Positions 38,465-46,942 of a stretch of DNA of 64,000 nucleotides are shown here, in pieces. Location: the NCBI GenBank assembly GCA_046735395.1, contig JBJKQR010000047.1, positions 50,727 through 114,726 on the forward strand, in the 5' to 3' direction. The notes below the pieces were generated by a model. It saw nothing but the letters and a program-made list of their open reading frames with translations, was not told the origin of the DNA and searched no databases. The position numbers and the translations under genes were made by a program. The first letter of the stretch is position 1, and every line of letters begins with the position of its first letter. The DNA comes from Fidelibacterota bacterium (GTDB taxonomy: Bacteria > Fidelibacterota > Fidelibacteria > Fidelibacterales > DSDE01).

Positions 38465-39142
38465 TTGAAACAACTCTGTTCTCACAGCCTGTCCGGCCTT
38501 TTCCTTCTCAGTCTGCTGTTTCTGGCTCCGAAGGCGGTTCGCGCAGAGGAAAGTTACCTGTATTCTCTGTATTATCAGGGAATGCCGGGGGGCCGCGCCG
38601 TCCTGATGCGGAATGTGGATGATTCCACCGCCGTACTTGAACTTATCCTGCAGACAAACATGATTCTTGACCGTTTTTTTCGGATCCGGGACACGATTCG
38701 CGTCGAGGCAGATCCGGAGACCTACGTTCTGCAATCTCTTTCCAGGCATATCAATGAAGGAAAGTATCACAAGACCAGCCTGCTGAAAATGGATTCCGCC
38801 GGCCGGGACACGGCCTCCATCCGTGATGAATACTGTGCCCTGCTCATGCTTATGGATCCGGCCTGGTTCAGGGCGCGTTCCCTTGATCTGAACCTGTTGA
38901 TTAAAAAAAAGGAACAGCCCTTTGTGATTGAGGAAAAGCACCGGGAATATCTGACCGTGAACGGCAGGACCCGGCAGGTTATCCTATATGTACCGAATGA
39001 AGAATCACTGCGGAATGTGGGCCGGGACAACGCCTCCCTCAGTATCTGGATGCTCAATGAGCAGCCGTCCTATCCTCTGCAGATCAAGCTGGAATTTCAG
39101 TATGGAACCGTCCTTCTGAAATATCGGGATCGTATCAAATGA
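38465..39142 (+). CDS. Exported protein, DUF3108-like
   Basis: Probable TTG start 38465; signal peptide ...KAVRA; LDRFFRIRD, SRHINEGKY, YPLQIKLEFQYGTV. Confidence 0.6.
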   Translation: MKQLCSHSLSGLFLLSLLFLAPKAVRAEESYLYSLYYQGMPGGRAVLMRNVDDSTAVLELILQTNMILDRFFRIRDTIRVEADPETYVLQSLSRHINEGKYHKTSLLKMDSAGRDTASIRDEYCALLMLMDPAWFRARSLDLNLLIKKKEQPFVIEEKHREYLTVNGRTRQVILYVPNEESLRNVGRDNASLSIWMLNEQPSYPLQIKLEFQYGTVLLKYRDRIK

Positions 39143-39867
39143 GTTTGACTCCCGCAGACATATCCGGGGTCCTCTCTGAATTTCGTCATATTCCCTATGA
39201 AAATATCAGTAAGATATTCCGCCTGGGGCTGAGCCGGGACGAGCGTCCGCGCAGGCCGGAATTGCTTTTCGATCAGTTTCACAGCCATGGCTGGGGCGGA
39301 ACCTGCTTCTCCCTGACCTGGGCTGCCGTTCAGGCCCTGCGCAAAAACGGTATCGCCGCAGGCCCGGTGAATGCTCCGGTTCCGAGGGAAAGCTTTCCCC
39401 ACTTCGCCCTGGTCTATGAGCTGGGCGGGCGGCAATATTTCTGCGATCCGGGATATATGATTTTCGAAGGTATCGCTCTGGATCCTGCTGAGCCCGGACG
39501 ATGGTCCAATACGGTGATGGAGTACGAATGCAGGTTCGCTGCTGACAGCGGTCTCTACGAGCTCCATTCCCGGCATGCGGGATCGGCCACACTCCGATAT
39601 CATATCGATCCCCGGCAACTGAGTGACGAAGCCTTTCTATATGCGTGGAATCACAGTTTCAATTATATGAATACGCTGGTCCTGTCCCGGATTGTGGATG
39701 ATAAATTTATTTATATAGCCGGTGATTATGCCCAGATCCGCACCCGGAACCATATCGAAAAATACAACAGCAGAGACAACGCCGACCGGCTGCTGCAGGC
39801 CTGGTTTCCCTTCAGCCCCGAGGAAATCCGTCTGGCCCGTACTATAATTTCGGCTTTGACCAGATAA
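39139..39867 (+). CDS. Arylamine N-acetyltransferase-like protein
   Basis: HIPYENI, GWGGTCF (Cys), PHFAL (His), CDPGY (Asp). Confidence 0.78.
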   Translation: MSLTPADISGVLSEFRHIPYENISKIFRLGLSRDERPRRPELLFDQFHSHGWGGTCFSLTWAAVQALRKNGIAAGPVNAPVPRESFPHFALVYELGGRQYFCDPGYMIFEGIALDPAEPGRWSNTVMEYECRFAADSGLYELHSRHAGSATLRYHIDPRQLSDEAFLYAWNHSFNYMNTLVLSRIVDDKFIYIAGDYAQIRTRNHIEKYNSRDNADRLLQAWFPFSPEEIRLARTIISALTR

Positions 39868-39996
39868 TGAAAGTCGGCGCGATGAAACGTCCGTTTTCAG
39901 GGCCTCTTCTATCCATCAAACCGGAAATCCGGGAAAAGGCCGCTGCACGAAAAGGGTTCCGGCACCTACCGGCGAAAAGAGTGGCGAAACCCTTGC

Positions 39997-40025
39997 TTGC
40001 TTACACCTCTATAAATAATTAAATT
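39997..40025 (+). promoter_or_regulatory. sigma70-type promoter
   Basis: TTGCTT-17 nt-TAAATT; AAGGAG RBS before ATG 40059. Confidence 0.55.
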
Positions 40026-40058
40026 ACCGGGCTTAAACGTGAAAGGAGTACCTGCGAC

Positions 40059-41864
40059 ATGGGTATTATGACAAAAATGCGGGACAGAATGAAAATCATC
40101 CTGGGCATTCTGATCCTGGCATTTCTCGCGACAATCATTTTCAGCTGGGGGATGGGTTATTCGGGGAATTCGAATGCCAATAATATCATCGGCAGCGTCA
40201 ATGGAAAAGATATTACCCTGGATCAGTTCTATCAGCGCTATAATAATGAAATAAGCCGTTATCGGGAACAGAGCGGTCAGGAAGTGACCGAACCCATGAG
40301 GGTCCGGATCCGCAACCAGGTCTGGGACGAACTTATTAATGAAATGCTGGTTCAGAGCGAAATTGAAAAGTATGGGCTCAAGGCCACGGACGAAGAAATA
40401 TATTTTGAGCTGGAAAACAATCCTCCTGAGGTCCTGAAGACTCAGGAAGCCTTTCTGACGGATGGGAAATTCGATATGAACAAATATCTGAATATTCTTC
40501 ATAATCCGCAGGGAAACGAATGGCTGCAGATTGAAAATTATTTTCGCAGCACCATACCGAGCCAGAAACTGCAGAACCTGATTACCGCCACGGTTATGGT
40601 CGGTGACAAGGAAATCCGCGATGCCTATATTGATGAGAATGTGAATTTTCAGGCAGATTATCTCAGTGTTCCCTTTACCATGACCTCCGATAATGCCGTC
40701 ACCGTAAGCGATGATGAGGTTGAAGCCTATTACGATGAGAATAAGGAAAACGATTACGCCACGCCGGAGAAACGGGTTGTTCAGTACGTATTCTGGAAGA
40801 AGACGCCGGGTAAGGAAGATACGACACTGGTTCTTCAGGATATGGATGAAGTCCGGGCCCGTATGGAAGACGGCGAAACCTTTCAGGATCTGGCCAAGCT
40901 TTACAGTCAGGACGGAAGTGCAGAACGGGGCGGTGATCTGGGTTGGGTCACACCGGGACAGATGGTTCCTGCATTTGAAAAAGCCGTATACAGCGCTCCG
41001 CTGAATAAGGTGGTGGGCCCGGTTCTGACACAGTTCGGATATCACCTGATTCTGGTGACGGAACGGAAGACGGAAGACGGCGTCAAGAAGGCACATGCCT
41101 ACCACATTCTGATAAAGATTGAGACCGGCCCCAATACGGTCGATGCCCTGTCCGGTGATGCCCGGCTCTTTTCCTACGATGCGGAAGATCTGGGATTTTC
41201 CCGGGCTCTCGAGACCTACAAACTCAAAGCAGATACATCAAAGAACGGCATTGCCCGCGAAGAATATTATTTCCCCGGAGTGGGATATACACCCGAACTG
41301 ACAAAATACGCCTTTTCGGCGAAAGTCGGCCAGGTGTCGGAAGTGCTGGAAACAGATCAGAATTTTGTGATTGCCCAGCTTCTCGAGATCAGGGAACCGG
41401 GTTTTCAGAACCTGGATGTGGTGAAACCGGCTATCGTCCGGGAGCTGAAACGGGAGAAAAAGGAAAAGATCGCCAAAGCCTATGCCGATTCACTGTACAC
41501 ACTGGCCCAGGGTGGTGCGTCTCTGGAGGCACTGGCATCGGCGAAGGCTGCCCTGGCCTTCAAGGGCGGAGAATCCTTTCTGCTGAAATCGCTGCCTGCC
41601 GCACTGAAAGGAAATGACGAGATCAAGGAAGTTCTCAAGGATCTGTCTCCCAACGAGATCAGCAGCCCAGTCAAAAGCGGCCGTGCTTATGTGATCATGC
41701 AGCTGCGGAACAAGGGAAAAGTGGATGACAATCAGTATGCGATGAAGAAAATGGCCCTTCATGATCAGCTCCTTACTCAGAAAAAGAATGAGGTGATCAC
41801 CCGGTATATGAACGATCTGAAGGATAACGCGAAGATCAAGGATTTCCGTACTAATTTCTTCTGA
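40059..41864 (+). CDS. PpiD/SurA-like parvulin peptidyl-prolyl isomerase
   Basis: N-terminal TM; IGSVNG; FQDLAKLYSQDGSAERGGDLGW; MVPAFEKA; TQFGYHLI. Confidence 0.92.
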   Translation: MGIMTKMRDRMKIILGILILAFLATIIFSWGMGYSGNSNANNIIGSVNGKDITLDQFYQRYNNEISRYREQSGQEVTEPMRVRIRNQVWDELINEMLVQSEIEKYGLKATDEEIYFELENNPPEVLKTQEAFLTDGKFDMNKYLNILHNPQGNEWLQIENYFRSTIPSQKLQNLITATVMVGDKEIRDAYIDENVNFQADYLSVPFTMTSDNAVTVSDDEVEAYYDENKENDYATPEKRVVQYVFWKKTPGKEDTTLVLQDMDEVRARMEDGETFQDLAKLYSQDGSAERGGDLGWVTPGQMVPAFEKAVYSAPLNKVVGPVLTQFGYHLILVTERKTEDGVKKAHAYHILIKIETGPNTVDALSGDARLFSYDAEDLGFSRALETYKLKADTSKNGIAREEYYFPGVGYTPELTKYAFSAKVGQVSEVLETDQNFVIAQLLEIREPGFQNLDVVKPAIVRELKREKKEKIAKAYADSLYTLAQGGASLEALASAKAALAFKGGESFLLKSLPAALKGNDEIKEVLKDLSPNEISSPVKSGRAYVIMQLRNKGKVDDNQYAMKKMALHDQLLTQKKNEVITRYMNDLKDNAKIKDFRTNFF

Positions 41865-41891
41865 TCGCTGATTCGAAATGACAAAAAAATT

Positions 41892-41918
41892 AAAGGCCGG
41901 GAACTCCGGCCTTTTTTT
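41892..41918. terminator. Rho-independent terminator, probably bidirectional
   Basis: AAAGGCCGG-GAACT-CCGGCC-T7 between convergent genes. Confidence 0.85.
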
Positions 41919-41947
41919 ATATGCTGTGAATACATGTTCTGGTGGGC

Positions 41948-42460
41948 TTATTCACCGTCATTGATGTTCTGAAAGGTCAGATGCTTCCGGTCCTTCCGGA
42001 CACCCGGAAAACTGAGAATTCGGTTGTGGATGACACAGTAGACGCCCGGTTTCAGCAGCCGTGCGGCCAGAAAGGCCTCGGTCACGTTCTGCAGCGCGTC
42101 CGTATCCTTGAAGATGAAGGGGCGCATGGCGCCGGTAAAAATAATGGGACAGCTCGGATCCGAAATTGTCCTGTGGACCAGTTCCCCGGTGACTTCCAGT
42201 GTATCCGTTCCATGAAGGATCACGACGGCATCCGACTGGGCCATGGCCTGGCGGGTGACCTTCATGATAATGTCCCGATCGTCATCATTCATGTCCAGGC
42301 TGTCCTTGAAGATAATGTTCTGCTGAACGATCTCAAGGTCGGGAGTGCGCAGGGAGGCAACGATATGGGACATGACAGAGGCGTGATTCTTCAGAGATCC
42401 GTCAAATTCATTATAGGTCTTGTCGATGGTTCCGCCCGTCCCGATCACCGTAATTTTCAT
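41948..42460 (-). CDS. Short L-asparaginase (N-terminal catalytic domain only)
   Basis: TGGTIDK, KDSLDM, HGTDT, TGAMRP; 170 aa. Confidence 0.88.
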   Translation of the reverse strand: MKITVIGTGGTIDKTYNEFDGSLKNHASVMSHIVASLRTPDLEIVQQNIIFKDSLDMNDDDRDIIMKVTRQAMAQSDAVVILHGTDTLEVTGELVHRTISDPSCPIIFTGAMRPFIFKDTDALQNVTEAFLAARLLKPGVYCVIHNRILSFPGVRKDRKHLTFQNINDGE

Positions 42461-42742
42461 AACGTTTGCCCTCCCTTTCTCTGCAGTATTTTCATGGGAA
42501 TTTACGATTTTACCGGGAATGATAGGAGAAAAAGGTTTTTCCGGCCCGAGAAAAATTCCAGTTCATCACGGAGTGCCCGCAACCCTGAAAATGAGGGAAT
42601 TATCCGAAGGGCCGATGAATCCGGGAATGATGACTGGAAGCGGCCTGAAATGGTGAAAATGGAGAAAAAAATATTGGAGAAGGGTTGAAAATAATGTATT
42701 CTACAAACGAAGAAGGATTCAAAATTTCCCGGGAGAATTGAC

Positions 42743-44113
42743 ATGGATATGCCCATAGAACCGTTTCGTATCAAAGTGGTGGAACCGGTTCGCCGGACGC
42801 GTCGGGATGAACGGGAGAACATTCTGCAGAAGGCCGGATATAACGTGTTCGCGATCCGGGCCGAGGATATTTTCATTGATCTTCTGACTGACAGCGGCAC
42901 ATCCGCAATGAGCGACCGGCAGTGGAGCGGGCTGATGCTGGGTGACGAAAGTTATGCCGGGTCACGGAGTTTTTATCATTTTGAAGAAACCGTCCGGGAT
43001 ATTACCGGTTTCCGCCATATTATTCCTGCACATCAGGGGCGGGCTACCGAAAACCTGCTCTTTTCGCAGTTTGTGAAGCCGGGAGACATTATTCCCAATA
43101 ATTCACATTTTGATACAACCCGGGCCAATGTGGAGGCCAAGGGCGGCCTTGCGGCGGACCTGGTATTTGACTACGCCCGGGATACGACGGTTCTGCATCC
43201 CTTCAAGGGAAACCTTGATCCGGATAAGCTGAGGGCGCTCATTGCCGAAGCCGGATCCGGCCGTATTCCCCTGGGAATGCTTACCATTACGAATAACAGC
43301 GGTGGCGGCCAGCCGGTCAGTATGGAGAATATCCGGCAGGTCTCGGAAATTCTCCATGAAAACGGGATCCCCTTTTTTCTGGATGCCTGCAGATTTGCTG
43401 AAAATGCCTGGTTCATCAAAACCCGGGACAAAGATTACGCGAAGGCGTCAATTGCCGAAATAGCCCGGGAAATGTTTTCCTATGCGGATGGCTGTACCAT
43501 GAGCGCGAAAAAGGATGCCCTTGTGAATATCGGTGGCTTCGTGGCGCTGAATGATGACAGCCTGGCGGAAAAGATCCGGACGGATCTGATCCTGATCGAG
43601 GGTTTTCCCACTTACGGGGGCCTGGCAGGACGGGATCTGGAAGCGATGGCCATCGGACTGAGGGAGGTTCTGGATGATGAATATCTGGCGTACCGCACCG
43701 GGCAGGTTGCCGCTCTTGGTGATATGCTGGATCAACGGAATATTCCCTATATGAAACCGGCCGGAGGCCATGCGATTTATGTGGACGCCCGAACCCTGCT
43801 GCCTCATATTCCGCCGTCTCAGTTCCCGGGACAGGTGCTGGTTGCCGAACTCTATCTGGAAGGCGGTATCCGCAGCGTGGAGATCGGGTCTCTCATGTTC
43901 GGCCGCAGAGGCCCGAAGGGTGAATTCATTGCTTCGCGGAATGAACTGGTGCGTCTGGCCATTCCCCGGCGCGTCTATACCTCCCGGCATCTGGTATACG
44001 TGGCGGATGTGCTGGGAAAAATCGCAGAAAAGAAAACAGAACTGCGCGGGATGAAAATTACCCGTGAAGCGTCGGTTTTGCGTCATTTTACGGCCAGGCT
44101 CGAAAGACTATGA
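42743..44113 (+). CDS. tnaA: Tryptophanase (PLP beta-eliminating lyase)
   Basis: EPFRIKVVEP, IDLLTDSGT, HQGRATE, MSAKKD (TPL usually MSGKKD), RLAIPRRVYT, LRHFTARL. Confidence 0.88.
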   Translation: MDMPIEPFRIKVVEPVRRTRRDERENILQKAGYNVFAIRAEDIFIDLLTDSGTSAMSDRQWSGLMLGDESYAGSRSFYHFEETVRDITGFRHIIPAHQGRATENLLFSQFVKPGDIIPNNSHFDTTRANVEAKGGLAADLVFDYARDTTVLHPFKGNLDPDKLRALIAEAGSGRIPLGMLTITNNSGGGQPVSMENIRQVSEILHENGIPFFLDACRFAENAWFIKTRDKDYAKASIAEIAREMFSYADGCTMSAKKDALVNIGGFVALNDDSLAEKIRTDLILIEGFPTYGGLAGRDLEAMAIGLREVLDDEYLAYRTGQVAALGDMLDQRNIPYMKPAGGHAIYVDARTLLPHIPPSQFPGQVLVAELYLEGGIRSVEIGSLMFGRRGPKGEFIASRNELVRLAIPRRVYTSRHLVYVADVLGKIAEKKTELRGMKITREASVLRHFTARLERL

Positions 44114-45657
44114 TCAGCTCTGAACTGAAAATAAAAGCCGCTCGCTTTCCTGCCGCTGTTACAGTGGCATTTCTGATCTGGGCTTCCGCTGCGTTTTCCG
44201 GTCAGAAGACGGCAATCTGGCTGTATTTTCCCGAAACGCTGAGCCGACAGGAGATGGTTTCACAGCTGCCGGAAGATGTGAATATCCGGTATTACAGCCG
44301 GGCTCTTCAAGCGCTGAGCGTGGATGTTCCGGCTGATGACAGCCGCAGGATCATAAAACGCTTACAGGCCACGACGGATGTAATATCCATAACCCCGGTG
44401 GGAAAACTGTCCGTTCAGTTACCCCGGCAGGACCGGACTCTGCACCGGATGGGTACAGACAGCCTGTACGGTGTTTCCTACAAACAGCTGGACATGCTGG
44501 GCATTCCTCGCCTTCATGCACTCGGTTTTCATGGCGAAGGCGTCCGGGCCGGACTGCTGGACGAGGGATTCAAAAAGGATCTGCCGGTTTTCAGCCATAT
44601 ACTGGATGAAGGGCGTTTTATCGGCGAATATGATTTTGTCTACCATGACAGCATTACGGCGGATGAGGCGGACGAGGGAACGATGGGGCTGGCCCAGAGT
44701 CATGGGACGGAGACCTGGTCCGTGATCGGGGCTTATCTGCCCGGCTTTCTCATGGGCGGGGCCTGGAAGGCGTCCTTTGCCCTGGCAAAAACCGAGGATA
44801 TGCGCTGGGAACTGCCCATTGAAGAGGATAATTTTGTGGCCGGAATGGAATGGATGGCTGATCTGGGGATTGACGTCATTTCCATTTCACTGAATTATAT
44901 GAAATTTGATGACGGGGTGGGTTCCTATACCTACAGCCAGTTGGACGGCAGGACGACGGCGGTCGCGCGTATCTGCAACTGGGCCGCAGCGCGGGGCATG
45001 ATCATCGTTCAGGCTATGGGGAATGAAGGCCGGGAAGGTTCCGGTTCTCTGTGGTCCCCGGCTGACGCACCGTCTGTCATCAGCGTGGGCTCGGTGGGAC
45101 TGAACGCTGTGATTTCCGATTTCAGCGGCCGGGGGCCGACGGCGGATGGCCGCATCAAGCCGGATGTGGTTGCGCTGGGCGACGGGACTCAGCTGGCCTA
45201 TCCGAATGGTGACTGGGGAAGCGGGCGGGGAACGTCCTTTTCCACACCGCTGATTGCCTCGGGCGTGATTCTGCTGAAACAGATGCATCCGGAGTGGACT
45301 GTCTATGATATGCTGGATGCTTTTGCACAATTTTCCAGCCGGGACGGAAAGGATAATGATTACGGATGGGGAATCCCGGATTTTGCAGAAATTGCTCTCG
45401 GATCCTCCAGTCCTGTCATATCACCGGTTCTGGCCTGGCCAAATCCGGTCTCGGCGCAGCTGAGCCTCAGGTGGACCGCCTACGGGCCCGGTTATCAGAT
45501 CATGAATCTGTACAATCTTCTCGGCCGGCGTGTGGATCAGCAGATTGTCCGGTCCACCGGAACCGATTATTATTCCACTCTCAATGTGAATACTCTGGCC
45601 TCCGGCGTGTATTTTGTGCAGGTCGGCGCCCAAAGTGTGAAATTTGTAAAATTATAA
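44110..45657 (+). CDS. Secreted S8 serine protease with T9SS CTD
   Basis: Triad LLDEG / HGTETW / GTSFSTP; GPTADGRIKPDV; CTD AWPNPV...YNLLGR...LASGVYFV. Confidence 0.9.
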   Translation: MISSELKIKAARFPAAVTVAFLIWASAAFSGQKTAIWLYFPETLSRQEMVSQLPEDVNIRYYSRALQALSVDVPADDSRRIIKRLQATTDVISITPVGKLSVQLPRQDRTLHRMGTDSLYGVSYKQLDMLGIPRLHALGFHGEGVRAGLLDEGFKKDLPVFSHILDEGRFIGEYDFVYHDSITADEADEGTMGLAQSHGTETWSVIGAYLPGFLMGGAWKASFALAKTEDMRWELPIEEDNFVAGMEWMADLGIDVISISLNYMKFDDGVGSYTYSQLDGRTTAVARICNWAAARGMIIVQAMGNEGREGSGSLWSPADAPSVISVGSVGLNAVISDFSGRGPTADGRIKPDVVALGDGTQLAYPNGDWGSGRGTSFSTPLIASGVILLKQMHPEWTVYDMLDAFAQFSSRDGKDNDYGWGIPDFAEIALGSSSPVISPVLAWPNPVSAQLSLRWTAYGPGYQIMNLYNLLGRRVDQQIVRSTGTDYYSTLNVNTLASGVYFVQVGAQSVKFVKL

Positions 45658-45671
45658 GGACGAATCTCTTC

Positions 45672-46037
45672 ATGCACGAAGTTTCCATTGCCCGTAGCAT
45701 TCTGGATATTGTCAATGACGCGGCCGAAAAGGAGGGCGCAGCCCGGGTGTCCGAACTTGTGGTGGACGTGGGCAGATTGTCGGGCGTGGTCTATGATTCG
45801 TTGAATTTTGCCATGGATCTGATCCGGAAGGACAGTATCCTCGAATCTGCCCGGATTGTTCTGAATGATATTCCCGGGAAAGCCCGGTGTATGGATTGCA
45901 GTGATGAGTTTGAGGTTGAAGTTGTTTATGAGGAATGTCCCCGATGCAGGGATTTTAATATTAGCATAATTCAGGGCCGTGAACTGAAGGTCCGGTCCAT
46001 TTCAGTTGAAGATGATAACGATCCGGCAGAAAATTAA
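45672..46037 (+). CDS. hypA: Hydrogenase nickel metallochaperone HypA
   Basis: Start reassigned to MHEVSIA; CMDC and CPRC; GRELKV. Confidence 0.96.
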   Translation: MHEVSIARSILDIVNDAAEKEGAARVSELVVDVGRLSGVVYDSLNFAMDLIRKDSILESARIVLNDIPGKARCMDCSDEFEVEVVYEECPRCRDFNISIIQGRELKVRSISVEDDNDPAEN

Positions 46038-46051
46038 TAAGGAGATTCACC

Positions 46052-46870
46052 ATGTGTGACACCTGCGGCTGCGGCAACAGCGACGACATCAGGATTCTGA
46101 AACCGGGAGAAGCCCCGATACCCCATTCTCACCCTCATCATCATGATCACTCTCATTCGCATGACGATCATCATGACCATCACCACCATGACGCGCATTC
46201 CCATTCTCACGATTCTCACGGGCGCACCATCTCCCTGGAAACGGATATCATGACCCGCAACAACCTGCAGGCCCAGCGCAACCGCGGCTGGTTCGAGGCA
46301 AAGAATATTCTGGCGCTGAATCTCGTATCCTCGCCGGGTTCGGGAAAAACCTCCCTGCTGGAGCGAACCCTGAAGGAAATGAATTCCGACTGTTCGTTTT
46401 ACGTGATCGAAGGCGACCAGCAGACCATGAATGATGCGGACCGCATCAATGCCGTGGGGGTTCCGGTGGTGCAGATCAATACGGGAAACGGCTGTCATCT
46501 CGACGCCGATATGATATCCCGTGCCCGGAACGAACTGAATATTGAGGACGGATCGGTGCTCATGATCGAAAATGTGGGAAATCTGGTCTGTCCGTCCTTG
46601 TTCGATCTGGGAGAAGATACACGGGTCGTGATTATTTCCGTGACCGAGGGTGAAGACAAGCCCATCAAATATCCCACTATGTTTGAGAGCGCCCGGCTCT
46701 GTATCATCAACAAGACGGATCTGCTTCCCTACGTGGATTTTGATACGGAAAAATGCCGGGCCTATGCGCGGCGGGTGAATCCGGATCTGGAATTTATCGA
46801 ACTGTCCGTGCGCAGCGGTGAGGGCATGAACCAATGGTACGAATGGATTCGGGCTCATCGGAATTCATAA
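46052..46870 (+). CDS. hypB: Hydrogenase nickel-incorporation GTPase HypB
   Basis: MCDTCGC; His-rich linker; SSPGSGKT, GCHLDA, ENVGNLVCP, NKTD. Confidence 0.97.
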   Translation: MCDTCGCGNSDDIRILKPGEAPIPHSHPHHHDHSHSHDDHHDHHHHDAHSHSHDSHGRTISLETDIMTRNNLQAQRNRGWFEAKNILALNLVSSPGSGKTSLLERTLKEMNSDCSFYVIEGDQQTMNDADRINAVGVPVVQINTGNGCHLDADMISRARNELNIEDGSVLMIENVGNLVCPSLFDLGEDTRVVIISVTEGEDKPIKYPTMFESARLCIINKTDLLPYVDFDTEKCRAYARRVNPDLEFIELSVRSGEGMNQWYEWIRAHRNS

Positions 46871-46942
46871 AGGGGAAAATTTCATTAATTAATTTTCGGC
46901 AGAGATCAAAATTAACTGCTTATACGGCATTGAACTAAACCA

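Noticed and set aside
42615..42656. Trp-ending mini-ORF MNPGMMTGSGLKW upstream of tnaA as a tnaC-like leader
   Set aside because: Lacks the TnaC W12/D16/P24 spacing and a clear RBS
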